Source: Chloroflexota bacterium (lineage in GTDB: Bacteria > Chloroflexota > Anaerolineae > Anaerolineales > UBA11579). From it: a stretch of 64,000 nucleotides of DNA. The translations under genes and the position numbers were made by a program. Shown here piece after piece: positions 10,984 through 21,008 of this stretch (positions within the stretch are counted from its first letter, which is position 1; each line of letters starts with the position of its first letter). The notes beneath the pieces are model-generated. The model was not told the origin of the DNA and did not search any database. It saw only the letters and a program-made list of their open reading frames with translations. The stretch is taken from positions 54,794-118,793 of the forward strand of contig VRUJ01000002.1 in NCBI GenBank assembly GCA_019456165.1, read 5' to 3'.

Positions 10984-13022
10984 AACCAAGGGACCGGTTT
11001 CAACAACTTTCTAAGCAAGCGGTTAATAACCCATCTTTACAAATTGCTTTAGATAACAATGCTTCGCGCCGCCGCAAAGGTTGGGAGAAAGCTTATAGTT
11101 CATTGCCAAACCCTGATGCTACCCGAAAGAAAGCCAGAGAGATTCGACAGGATGTAATAGAGAATTTGGGAGCCTATCTCGACCAATTCATGGGGCAGGT
11201 AATAACAAATGGTATTCTCGTCCATTGGGCGGAAAACGCGTCTCAAGCCTCTCAGATGGTGGTTGAAATTACCCAACGCCATGCTGCAAACCTGGTGGTT
11301 AAATCAAAATCAATGGTCACCGAAGAAATTAATCTCAACTCAGCCTTAGAGTCAGCCGGTATCCTGGTGGTCGAAACCGATTTGGGTGAGTATATTGTGC
11401 AGTTACGCGGGGAAAGACCAACTCACATCATTTCACCCGCGGTTCATTTACGGAAAGAAGATGTCGCGGAGACATTTGAAAAGCACCTGAACATGCCCTA
11501 TACCACCGATATCACAACTATGAATGCCGCAGCCAGACGCAAGCTGCGAGATGATTTCCTCACTGCAAAGGTGGGTATCTCTGGGGTCAATTTTGGGGTG
11601 GCTGAAACAGGAACCTTATGCCTGGTAACCAATGAAGGCAATGGTCGTATGGTGACTACCGTTCCGCAGGTGCATATCGCCGTAATGGGGGCTGAACGCT
11701 TGGTGCCTACGTTAGACGATCTAGCAACCATCCTGCAAGTGTTACCGCGGTCGGCCACGGGACAGAAGATGACGAGCTACCTTAATTGGATCAATAAACC
11801 ACGCCAAAATGGAGACCCCGATGGACCGAATGAGCGACACCTGGTTGTGGTGGATAACGGCCGCTTAGCACAGAGACGGACTCAATTTTCAGAAGCGCTT
11901 GCATGTATCCGTTGCGGCGCCTGCCTAAACGCGTGTCCCGTCTACCAGGAGGTGGGAGGGAGAACATACAATAGTGTTTATCCCGGTCCTATTGGTGCTC
12001 TGGTATCGCCTGCATTATTCGGTATACAAAATCATGGACATCTATCTAAAGCATCGACATTGTGCGGGGCGTGTAAGGATGCCTGCCCGGTGGGGATCGA
12101 TATCCCTTTATTACTACAACGTACTCGTGTGCAATTTGTAGATAAGGTTTCACAACCACAATTTATTAGCTTAGGTATGCGTCTGTATGCCTGGACAGCT
12201 TCTTCGCCTGCAAGATATAAACGGGCGCAGAAGGCTGTTTTTTGGCTGATGCGCTTACTCCCGCGCAAAGCAGGTTGGGTGCGCTGGATGCCTTTACAGT
12301 TGTCTGCTTGGACACGCAAGCGCCATTTTCCCTCTTTTGCAAGAAAACCATTTCGAGAACATTGGGGGAAAACAAAACCAGTTAGGGTGGTTGGCCTTAG
12401 CTCAGTAGAGGAGCAGGAAGAGGAAATGATCGCTCCCAGAATGCCAAGATCATCTCAAGAAGATTTGAGTGGGCGCTTTGAAGAAGAACTACACCTTGTG
12501 GGTGGTGAATTCGTGCGTATAAAAGCAGAAAAATTGGCTGCTGAGGTTACTTCTCATTTTCAGAATATGGAGGTGCACGCAGTAATTGCCTGGGAGACCG
12601 AAATGATAGGATCCGAAGAGATTCGCCTACATTCCGAGGCTGTGGGTATTGATTGGCTGTCCCCAACCTTATCAAATGATGTATCCAGGCGCATTCAGGA
12701 AGTCACTAGAATTGGGAAAGTTCAAGCTGGGATAACAGGGGCAATAGCCGCTATTGCAGATACTGGCACCTTGGTGCTCACATCGGGGGTTGGTAAATCA
12801 CAAATGGCTTCATTATTACCCCGCATCCATGTTGTGGTTTTATCTTCGAAAGATATTTACGCAACAATGTCTGAATGGTTAAGCATCGCTGGTAAGCGGG
12901 TTATGGCAAACACTTCTTGTATTGCTTTTGTTACCGGGCCTTCACGGACTGCAGATATTGAAATGACCCTTACCACCGGTGTACATGGCCCTGCCAAGGT
13001 GATAGTTTTCTGCGTAGAATAA
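10980..13022 (+). CDS. Fused LutB-LutC lactate utilization protein
   Basis: KSKSM, ETDLGE, NEGNG, CIRCGAC/CGACKDACP ferredoxin motifs; C-terminal LUD domain GPSRTADIE...GVHGP. Confidence 0.88.
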   Translation: MKPRDRFQQLSKQAVNNPSLQIALDNNASRRRKGWEKAYSSLPNPDATRKKAREIRQDVIENLGAYLDQFMGQVITNGILVHWAENASQASQMVVEITQRHAANLVVKSKSMVTEEINLNSALESAGILVVETDLGEYIVQLRGERPTHIISPAVHLRKEDVAETFEKHLNMPYTTDITTMNAAARRKLRDDFLTAKVGISGVNFGVAETGTLCLVTNEGNGRMVTTVPQVHIAVMGAERLVPTLDDLATILQVLPRSATGQKMTSYLNWINKPRQNGDPDGPNERHLVVVDNGRLAQRRTQFSEALACIRCGACLNACPVYQEVGGRTYNSVYPGPIGALVSPALFGIQNHGHLSKASTLCGACKDACPVGIDIPLLLQRTRVQFVDKVSQPQFISLGMRLYAWTASSPARYKRAQKAVFWLMRLLPRKAGWVRWMPLQLSAWTRKRHFPSFARKPFREHWGKTKPVRVVGLSSVEEQEEEMIAPRMPRSSQEDLSGRFEEELHLVGGEFVRIKAEKLAAEVTSHFQNMEVHAVIAWETEMIGSEEIRLHSEAVGIDWLSPTLSNDVSRRIQEVTRIGKVQAGITGAIAAIADTGTLVLTSGVGKSQMASLLPRIHVVVLSSKDIYATMSEWLSIAGKRVMANTSCIAFVTGPSRTADIEMTLTTGVHGPAKVIVFCVE

Positions 13023-13241
13023 TGAAGTTATCTTCGTAAAACGGGCAGAATGACAGTGAAAGTGCTGCCTACACCTAATTCGCTCTCAACTTCAATTTTT
13101 CTTCGTCTTAATGTTTAAAACTAGGGTAAAATAAATTACCGAAAACTTATTAGTAGCTGCGAAATTTTGGCCAAACTCGAAAAATAAAACCTAGTTATCT
13201 TTGGAGAAATTAAACTGGATAGACAAACACAATGTAGATTA

Positions 13242-14723
13242 ATGCGTTCAAGCGTACTAGTATTGGTGTTATTTTTCCTTGCAGCAAATCCATCCATTGC
13301 CTTGGCTCATGGAAGTGGAGAACAACCAGCTCCGATGGCTGGCGCTTTTTCATGGGGCTTTTTAGTCTTCGCAGTATTAGTAATAATAGCTGTAGGAGTA
13401 ATATTATTTACCGGACAGCAGAGCCAAGAAGCATCTGAAAAGGTATTTGCTGACCTGACAGGTTTTGGGGGTTACATTGCGAAAATGCGCCTATTCAGCC
13501 GAAATGCGCGTCTCTTCATGATTCACGTCGTAGGTATGGATGTAATCTACGGCACTTGGGCGGTATTATTCAACTTATATTTACTGGCTGTCGGGTTTGA
13601 TATAGCTTTTATTGGGTTACGGATCTTGGTTAGTTCAATCTCGAGCGCAGTTGTTGCAGTTCCTGCTGGGATTATCTCTGACAGAATCGGGCGAAAGTTA
13701 TCCCTGATCTTAGGTGATGGCATTGGTGCAACAATGTCGCTTGTTGCAATCTCGACTGAAAATCCAACCATAATATTAACGGCCGCTGTCATCGGAGGCA
13801 TGTTCAGTGCTCTGCATGGTGTTGCAGAACCAGCTTTTATGGCAGAAAACTCTGAGAAATACGAACGGGTGCATTTATTCAGCGTATCAGGCGGTACGAG
13901 AACTGCCGCGATGATTATCGGGTCAGCTCTCGCAGGCTTAATCCCATTAATATTTGGCGGCACAGATGATGCGTCCTTAGTAACTTTATATCGCACAGTT
14001 GCATATTTTGGAATCGGGGGCTGGTTCGCCTCCCTGATCCCAGCATTTATGCTGCGCAGAACAGCTTCGACCAGAACTCGGCGCTCAGTAACAAAATTTA
14101 GATTTTTTGATGGAGTCAAACATCCAGGGCGAATATGGCGGCTGACCTTACCTGAAGTTTTAATAGGTTTGGGTGCTGGTTTTGCTTTGCCAATGATGAA
14201 TGTGTTTTTCCAAAACACCGCTGGAAGCGAGGAAGTTGAGATTGGGGCAGTTTTTGCTGCAGGGCAAACCTTCCTTGTTGTAGGTTCTTTCTTAGCCCCA
14301 TTTTTGGTCACAAGGTGGGGAAAGATACGCTCAGTAGTATTCACGCGTTTGGCTTCAATTCCATTCATCCTGGTGATCGCTTTTTCATCAGATATAAGCA
14401 GTGTTATGGGTTCTGTTCTTTCAATTGCTGGTTTTGCTTATATCGGCAGAACCACATTGATGAATATGGCCAATCCAGTGCGTTCAGCCTTTGCAATGGA
14501 AATTCTGGATCCAGAAGAACGCGGCACCCAAGTGGGTATTGAACTCGCTCTTTTTTACACATTCTCCGGAATTGCTAGTTTTCTAGGTGCGCAAATGATG
14601 GAAAGTGGTGATTTTCGTACTCCTTTCTTACTCATGGCGGTTTGCTATCTGCTGGGTAGTGGCTTATTCTGGCAGTTTTTCGTAAACAGGGATGAAGAAT
14701 TGACCCTCCAGACTTATGGTTAG
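13242..14723 (+). CDS. MFS transporter with N-terminal extension
   Basis: GIISDRIGRK motif A, many hydrophobic helices; extra signal-like N-terminus (ALA-HG). Confidence 0.85.
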   Translation: MRSSVLVLVLFFLAANPSIALAHGSGEQPAPMAGAFSWGFLVFAVLVIIAVGVILFTGQQSQEASEKVFADLTGFGGYIAKMRLFSRNARLFMIHVVGMDVIYGTWAVLFNLYLLAVGFDIAFIGLRILVSSISSAVVAVPAGIISDRIGRKLSLILGDGIGATMSLVAISTENPTIILTAAVIGGMFSALHGVAEPAFMAENSEKYERVHLFSVSGGTRTAAMIIGSALAGLIPLIFGGTDDASLVTLYRTVAYFGIGGWFASLIPAFMLRRTASTRTRRSVTKFRFFDGVKHPGRIWRLTLPEVLIGLGAGFALPMMNVFFQNTAGSEEVEIGAVFAAGQTFLVVGSFLAPFLVTRWGKIRSVVFTRLASIPFILVIAFSSDISSVMGSVLSIAGFAYIGRTTLMNMANPVRSAFAMEILDPEERGTQVGIELALFYTFSGIASFLGAQMMESGDFRTPFLLMAVCYLLGSGLFWQFFVNRDEELTLQTYG

Positions 14724-14797
14724 AAAGCAGATAAGTTTGTTTGATATAACTAATTGCAGGACCTATCTTTGATAATTGACAAATAAGGAGTAATAAG

Positions 14798-16126
14798 ATG
14801 GTCGACAAGCAAAAATCATCCCCAGATAAAGATTTACAGTTGATCATAGATTCGGGCCAAAGATTGGGCATTGAGCTGGATGAAGCCGAAGCTTTACAAT
14901 GGTTGACGGCCGTCGCTGTTGCCCAAGCGGAGAGCGAAATAGTGGTTGATGAAAAAAGCGGGGTTTTTGGGCACAAGGTTTCCATGTTGGATTTTAACCC
15001 GGAAGATCTTGCCCATTTCCGCATGATTGGTAAGCTTGTTGAGTTTGAGGACGAACCTGGCCGCGTAGAAACAGCTCTGGCCCTTTCTGGGTCTGCGGCT
15101 CAGTCTAAAATTCAAACTTATCCGGGTGACGCTGATTTTTTTGAACGCGTCAACATTATTGCAGACTCGCGGGAGCAAGCCTGCCAGATTTTGGGGGCGA
15201 TCATGCGTGATAAAGCTCTGAACACGCTAAAAGGGCCTACTTACGAATTAATTCAAGTACGTTTAGGTAATTTCCCTTATGATGTTGAAATTGATGGAAC
15301 GGTGCATCCGGGCGGTTCGCCTATTCCTTGGACGTCAAAAAATGTACAGGAAGGTAAAATTCTTGCTATCCGTATTGAGGATAGAGCCAATGTAGAAATT
15401 TTATGGGAAGAAGCAGCTCAAGATCCTGGATGGTGCAAGATGGATTGGGTGGTGGCAGATCCTGTGCGGATGGAATTGGTGAACGCGAGTAATATGCTGG
15501 ATGTCACCTGGGAAGCTCCAGACGGCTCGATCACTCCCCTGGATGGGTACATGGATCCTTACTTCCAGGAGGTATATCTGGATGCAGAATCAATTCCTTT
15601 ATTCAGCAAGCTAGTGAAACATATTTCCAGCGATGCTCTAGATGAATATGTCGCCCAATTGGAGGGAGAGGTAAAGAAATACGTAACAAAGAACTTGAAC
15701 TATGGGAAAGCTGCAAAAAGGATGTACAATATTTTTCGGCTGAATGGTCGTTATAAGGAAGCAATTTTTCTGCGCGAGTTGTTCGATGAACCTTCCACCA
15801 TGTTATATCAGGTTTGGGCGTTGATTCGCACGATAGACGATTGCTTTAAACCCGAATCACCTATTGATCTTGTAACTCTATTATCCCAAACTGATGAATT
15901 GATCATTGCAGTCACTAGCGTTATCGAGGGGGAGAAGGAAACAGAGATCGTACGATTACTGCTCAGGTTGCGAGATTTCCTGTCTAAGGAAGATGGTAGC
16001 GAAGAACTTTCCCCACCGGCAGTAGCAGCGCGTGCAGAAGTGATTAACGTGGTCAATAACTTTTTCCACGAAAAGCTCACAGGTGTGCCATCAATAAAGG
16101 CATATATCGATAGATTGCAGGAATAA
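14798..16126 (+). CDS. Uncharacterised protein with Pol-beta-superfamily nucleotidyltransferase motif
   Basis: LSGSAAQSKIQTYPGDADFF fits hG[GS]x9-13Dh[DE]h; candidate third acid in KMDWVV; GAGGAG RBS. Confidence 0.6.
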   Translation: MVDKQKSSPDKDLQLIIDSGQRLGIELDEAEALQWLTAVAVAQAESEIVVDEKSGVFGHKVSMLDFNPEDLAHFRMIGKLVEFEDEPGRVETALALSGSAAQSKIQTYPGDADFFERVNIIADSREQACQILGAIMRDKALNTLKGPTYELIQVRLGNFPYDVEIDGTVHPGGSPIPWTSKNVQEGKILAIRIEDRANVEILWEEAAQDPGWCKMDWVVADPVRMELVNASNMLDVTWEAPDGSITPLDGYMDPYFQEVYLDAESIPLFSKLVKHISSDALDEYVAQLEGEVKKYVTKNLNYGKAAKRMYNIFRLNGRYKEAIFLRELFDEPSTMLYQVWALIRTIDDCFKPESPIDLVTLLSQTDELIIAVTSVIEGEKETEIVRLLLRLRDFLSKEDGSEELSPPAVAARAEVINVVNNFFHEKLTGVPSIKAYIDRLQE

Positions 16127-16147
16127 TATTATGAATGAGGAGTATCT

Positions 16148-17488
16148 TTAGTATTCATAGATGCTGCCGCCGATGAACTCTCGCAATACAGAATCTTCTG
16201 GTACGGGTGTGTCATCTTCCACGCCAGTGATCTGTTGAAGAACATTGTGAACTCGTGCGGCACGTGTATATGCGTCCTCACGTAGTGGGTCATCCTGATA
16301 TTGCTCAACCCATTCAGCAAATCTTTCCAAAAGTTTGGGACGGTATAAAGGCAGTTCGTATGGCATTCCGCTGTTGATTACATAATGCGTGGTGTTAATG
16401 TAAGGGATAATGTTGCGCATCTCACTGCTGCGCACGTAATGCCAGTGCTCGAGGGTTTGGCGAGGGTTGTAGGCGCGGTGGGTCGCATCTCGCAGCATTC
16501 TCCGGATTAACCGAATATCTGTCCAACGTACATACTCATCGTTATTATCCTTCAACTGTAGGAGTGGTTCGATATATAGTTTAAATTGATTCTCAAGAGG
16601 GATCCCATCTGTCATGTCTTTGTATAAACCATGCAAACTATCAATCAGAATGATCTCATTTTCCTTCAGTTTCATGACAGTTTGGTTATCGTGTCTGGTG
16701 CCGGTTTTAAAATCATAGAATGGGATCTGAACCTCCTCACCAGCGATGAGCTCTTTTATGTGCTGGTTGATTAGAGGCAGGTCTAGCGCTTGAGGTGTTT
16801 CAAAGTCGTAATCCCCAAATTCATCCTTTGGGTGCATATCTAAGTTAAAGAAGTAATGATCAATATTTAATGTAACCAATTCTAAACCAACTTCTTCCAA
16901 AAGTTGCCCCACTTTTGTTGTGGTTGTAGTTTTTCCGGAGGACGACGGCCCGGTGATGATAACTATTCTTAATTCATCTTTACGCTCAATTATCATTTCG
17001 GAAGCGTTTTTGACATCCTGATTATAGATCGCTTCCGCTTCGGTCACAATATCTGGGAATTCGCCCTTGGAGATACGTTTATTCAAGTTTTCAATAGTGT
17101 GCACATCATGAGTTACAGCCCAATCCAAGACGTACCACATTTTTTTCCAGGGAATGTAATATGACGAATGGCGAGCCAAAGCATTTCCCAAATCTCGATT
17201 TCGGGTGCGCTCATCTCTATAGAGGATGAAAGCTTTGGCAACCTTTGCATGACCATTCTCGATCAATACTTTTTCTACTGTATCCTGGATCTCCTCAACC
17301 GTGGGTATCTCGTCAGTAGGAGTGTTTTCATCGATCAGTTGGACTACCATTTGGCTTAGCGTTTCGGCGCTCTTACGGTCCCGTCCACCTACAGAAACTA
17401 CCGCTCTGTAGATAGCATTCGTGATTCGGTCTGGATTAAAGTCCACCACAGCTCCGCTACGTTTTCTAATTTGTTTTATTTTTGTCAT
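16148..17488 (-). CDS. ATP-cone plus uridine kinase/phosphoribulokinase-like P-loop protein
   Basis: N-terminal IRKRSG...FNPDRITNAI...VEEIQDTVE ATP cone; GPSSSGKTT; DFETPQALD; RLIRRMLRD; REFIGGS. Confidence 0.85.
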   Translation of the reverse strand: MTKIKQIRKRSGAVVDFNPDRITNAIYRAVVSVGGRDRKSAETLSQMVVQLIDENTPTDEIPTVEEIQDTVEKVLIENGHAKVAKAFILYRDERTRNRDLGNALARHSSYYIPWKKMWYVLDWAVTHDVHTIENLNKRISKGEFPDIVTEAEAIYNQDVKNASEMIIERKDELRIVIITGPSSSGKTTTTTKVGQLLEEVGLELVTLNIDHYFFNLDMHPKDEFGDYDFETPQALDLPLINQHIKELIAGEEVQIPFYDFKTGTRHDNQTVMKLKENEIILIDSLHGLYKDMTDGIPLENQFKLYIEPLLQLKDNNDEYVRWTDIRLIRRMLRDATHRAYNPRQTLEHWHYVRSSEMRNIIPYINTTHYVINSGMPYELPLYRPKLLERFAEWVEQYQDDPLREDAYTRAARVHNVLQQITGVEDDTPVPEDSVLREFIGGSIYEY

Positions 17489-17680
17489 AGATTACCTTTT
17501 ATTTATTCGTACGAAAAATCGAAAGGAAAATTCTTAGGAGTCTTAATTATACAGAGATTTTGCTTCCAGGTCATTGAAAGCTAGAACAAAAAAAGTAATA
17601 TTTAGGTTTCTGTGGAAAGTAAATAGTGATATACTCTATGATTAAAATTAAATTTATTTCATTTTTGGAGGCTTACCTCA

Positions 17681-18895
17681 ATGAGTATTAGCAATTTAGC
17701 CAAATCTATACAAGCATCACCCACGCTTGGGTTGAACGACAAAGCCAAAGAGTTACGCTCACGCGGCGAGCCAGTTATTAATTTAGGGGTGGGAGAGCCC
17801 AAAAACCACGCTCCGATGTCAGCTATTATGGCATCTACAACAAAATTGAATTCAGGCCAGATGAAATACGTACCCACCAGTGGTTTGCCATCTTTGAAGA
17901 AAGCAATTATTCGATATACCGAAGAAAATTATGGCCGCTTGGTCTCCCCAGAAAATGTTATCGTTTCAACCGGGGCAAAACAATCGTTATTCAATATCAT
18001 TCTTTCGGTAGCCAATCCTAAAGATGAAGTCATTCTGCTGACTCCCTATTGGGTGACCTATCCTGAGATAATAAAATTGGCACGTGCAATCCCGGTGATT
18101 GTCGACCTCAAAGGGAGCACTTTTCATCCACGCTTGGAGGATATTGAGAAAGCAGTTTCATCGAAGACATCGGCGATAATAGTCAACAGCCCAAATAATC
18201 CATCTGGAGTGGTCTATTCGGAAGAATTTATCGCAGAGTTGGTGGATTTCTGTGAAAAAAAAGAAATATATTTAATAACTGATGATATTTACCACAAGCT
18301 GGTATTTGATGGAGTTCAGGCGGTACCCGCTTTGCGATATACAAAAAAAGACATTGAAAATACGCGTGTAATTACGGTGAATGGTGTCTCGAAAATTTAC
18401 GGCCTAACCGGGTACCGCATCGGTTGGGCGATAAGCAACAAACGGATGGTCGAGGTTATGTCCAATATCCAGGTGCAAACGACTTCTTGTGCCTCAGCCG
18501 TTTCCCAAGCTGGGGCTGAAGGGGCTTTAACAGGCTCTCAAACCATAGTCGAAAACTTGCGTCTGAATATTCAGAATAATCGTGAAGTGATCATGAACGA
18601 GCTAAGCACTTTTAGCGACATAAATGTAATTAAACCGGATGGTACTTTTTACGTACTACCAGACTTTAGCGCTTACAATAAAAACTCTTTAGAATTATCA
18701 AGTTTCCTGTTGGAAAAAGCTTTAGTTGTGTGTGTGCCTGGAGTATCATTTGGCATGGAAGGTTTTTTACGCATCAGCTTCTCAGGCTCAATTAAAGGCC
18801 TGATTGAAGGAGTAGAACGTATGAAATGGGCCTTAGACTCAAATTCTCCCGCTGAAATTTATATCGGTGACCGTAAACTTGTGAGGAACTGGTAA
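17681..18895 (+). CDS. PLP-dependent aminotransferase class I (aspartate aminotransferase-like)
   Basis: GEP, NSPNNPSG, DDIY, SKIYGLTGYRIG. Confidence 0.93.
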   Translation: MSISNLAKSIQASPTLGLNDKAKELRSRGEPVINLGVGEPKNHAPMSAIMASTTKLNSGQMKYVPTSGLPSLKKAIIRYTEENYGRLVSPENVIVSTGAKQSLFNIILSVANPKDEVILLTPYWVTYPEIIKLARAIPVIVDLKGSTFHPRLEDIEKAVSSKTSAIIVNSPNNPSGVVYSEEFIAELVDFCEKKEIYLITDDIYHKLVFDGVQAVPALRYTKKDIENTRVITVNGVSKIYGLTGYRIGWAISNKRMVEVMSNIQVQTTSCASAVSQAGAEGALTGSQTIVENLRLNIQNNREVIMNELSTFSDINVIKPDGTFYVLPDFSAYNKNSLELSSFLLEKALVVCVPGVSFGMEGFLRISFSGSIKGLIEGVERMKWALDSNSPAEIYIGDRKLVRNW

Positions 18896-20535
18896 TGACT
18901 GACTTACGAGATATAAAATCACCTGGTCAAGATCAAGCTGAGCATCTAAAGAGTGATTTTGGATTGGTCAGCAATGGTTTAACCAATCTGAAAACTGTAT
19001 ATTGGAACCTGCCAACCGAGGCGCTCTATGAAGAGATAATCTTCAGGGGTGAGGCGAGTGTCAGTCAGGGGGGCGCTCTTCTAGCTGAATCGGGTAAACA
19101 CACCGCCCGCGCAGCTAAAGACAAGTATATGGTCCGTGAGTCTACAACAGAAGACCATATCTGGTGGGGGGAGCACAACCGGCCAGTCAGTCCCGAAAAG
19201 TTTGATGAGTTATTCAACCGCATGCAGGCTTATTTGCAGGGCAGGGATGTTTTCGTGCAGGATTGCTTCGCCGGAGCCGATCCGGAATACAAGATGCCTG
19301 TGCGAATTATCACCGAATTTGCCTGGCACAGCTTGTTTGCGCGCAATATGTTCATCCCACCAGAGAACAACGATGTTTACAGCAAACATATCCCTGAATT
19401 CACGGTGATTTGTGCCCCAGATTTCAAAGCCTTCGGTCCCATCGACGGGACGGATTCTAGTACTTTCATTATTCTTAATTTTGAAAAACGTATGGTTCTT
19501 ATAGGGGATACTGCATACGCTGGTGAGATTAAGAAATCTATCTTCACTGTGATGAATTATCTGCTGCCTTTGAAAGGTGTCATGACAATGCATTGTTCCG
19601 CCAACCAGGGTGAAGATGGCGATTCCGCACTCTTTTTCGGGCTTTCTGGAACTGGGAAGACCACCCTCTCGACAGACCCTTCTCGTGGATTGATTGGGGA
19701 TGATGAACACGGCTGGAGCGATGATGGCGTGTTCAATTTTGAGAATGGCAGCTATGCAAAAGTTATCCGTTTATCACCCGAAGCAGAACCGCAAATTTAC
19801 AGCGCCGCGCACAGTTTCGGAACCATACTTGAGAATGTGATCTATGACCCAGTTACGCGCCAGATTGACTTGGACGATGACACTATCACGGAAAACACAC
19901 GCGGCTCTTACCCGCTATCTCACATCGCAGGTTCTATTCCAGAGAAACGCGGAGGACACCCCAAGAACATAATCTTGCTGACTGCGGATGCCAGGGGTGT
20001 GATGCCCCCGATAGCCCGGCTGAACCCTGAGCAGACTATTTACCATTTCATCTCTGGCTATACCTCCAAACTAGGCGGCACCGAGGTAGGGCTGGGCGAT
20101 GAACCCGAGATCACCTTCAGCGCTTGTTTTGGGGCGCCCTTTATGGTGCATCCACCCATTTTCTACGCCGATCTATTGGCTCGCAAAATAAAGCATTACG
20201 GTGCTAGTTCTTGGTTGATAAACACCGGCTGGGTGGGCGGTGCTTATGGGGTGGGTAAACGCATCAGTATAAAACATACACGCGCCCTGCTCAACGCAGC
20301 TCTCTCTGGTGAATTGCTAAAGGTAAAGTACTCGAAAGACCCAATCTTTGGATTTGAAGTCCCCGAGACCTGCCCGGGTGTGCCGGACAGCGTGCTAAAA
20401 CCGGCTGAGGCCTGGCCGAACCAGGACGAATATTGGGATAAATACCGTCAATTGGCCTCTCGCTATATTGATAACTTCAAGAAATTCGCTAAGGACAGCC
20501 CCAAAGAAGTTTTGGAGGCAGGCCCTAAGGTTTAA
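18895..20535 (+). CDS. pckA: Phosphoenolpyruvate carboxykinase (ATP)
   Basis: YAGEIKK, MHCSAN, GLSGTGKTTLS, IGDDEHGW, ENTRGSYP; TAATG overlap with upstream gene. Confidence 0.97.
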   Translation: MTDLRDIKSPGQDQAEHLKSDFGLVSNGLTNLKTVYWNLPTEALYEEIIFRGEASVSQGGALLAESGKHTARAAKDKYMVRESTTEDHIWWGEHNRPVSPEKFDELFNRMQAYLQGRDVFVQDCFAGADPEYKMPVRIITEFAWHSLFARNMFIPPENNDVYSKHIPEFTVICAPDFKAFGPIDGTDSSTFIILNFEKRMVLIGDTAYAGEIKKSIFTVMNYLLPLKGVMTMHCSANQGEDGDSALFFGLSGTGKTTLSTDPSRGLIGDDEHGWSDDGVFNFENGSYAKVIRLSPEAEPQIYSAAHSFGTILENVIYDPVTRQIDLDDDTITENTRGSYPLSHIAGSIPEKRGGHPKNIILLTADARGVMPPIARLNPEQTIYHFISGYTSKLGGTEVGLGDEPEITFSACFGAPFMVHPPIFYADLLARKIKHYGASSWLINTGWVGGAYGVGKRISIKHTRALLNAALSGELLKVKYSKDPIFGFEVPETCPGVPDSVLKPAEAWPNQDEYWDKYRQLASRYIDNFKKFAKDSPKEVLEAGPKV

Positions 20536-20587
20536 GGAATAAAGGATAAGGGGGTAGATTGTTAACTCGGTGAACCGAAAGGTGAAA

Positions 20588-20872
20588 TTATCTAATCTCG
20601 ATCTTATCATCAACCACGCTCACATCCGGCCATGAATCATCCACCCAGCGCGCCACATTTTGCAGACTGCGCTGGTTATGTTTGTGGTCGTTGCTCACCA
20701 GGGCGCAGGCGATGACAGCATCTTGCCAGACGTCATGGTAATTGATTTCTGCTACCGATAGGTTAAATTCACGCTGCAATTTCGTTATCAGCGGTTTTAG
20801 ACGGCCGCGCTTTTCTTTGAGCGAAGCACAGCCTGGTAGATGAATATGTAGGGTTAATACGCCCAAGGCCAT
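20588..20872 (-). CDS. DUF503 family protein
   Basis: SLKEKR...FNLSVAE...D-x-WQ pattern. Confidence 0.85.
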   Translation of the reverse strand: MALGVLTLHIHLPGCASLKEKRGRLKPLITKLQREFNLSVAEINYHDVWQDAVIACALVSNDHKHNQRSLQNVARWVDDSWPDVSVVDDKIEIR

Positions 20873-21008
20873 AGTTATGATGGGGAAACGAGCTGGTTTT
20901 TAGGTTTGGGGGACACTAGAAATCTTCCTCACATTCAAGGATTGAGATTACGTGGGACTTTTGAACTACCTGGAAGGGCTATAAGAGACGACTTTCCTTA
21001 GTATAATA

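Noticed and set aside
12393-12414. tRNA-like 5' segment GGCCTTAGCTCAGTAGAGGAGC
   Set aside because: No T-arm or acceptor-stem complement; lies inside the lutBC coding linker
13547-14368. 273-aa minus-strand ORF
   Set aside because: Antisense shadow of the MFS gene
14798-16126. CBASS anti-phage operon
   Set aside because: No effector or Cap ancillary genes adjacent; kept only as an unassigned nucleotidyltransferase
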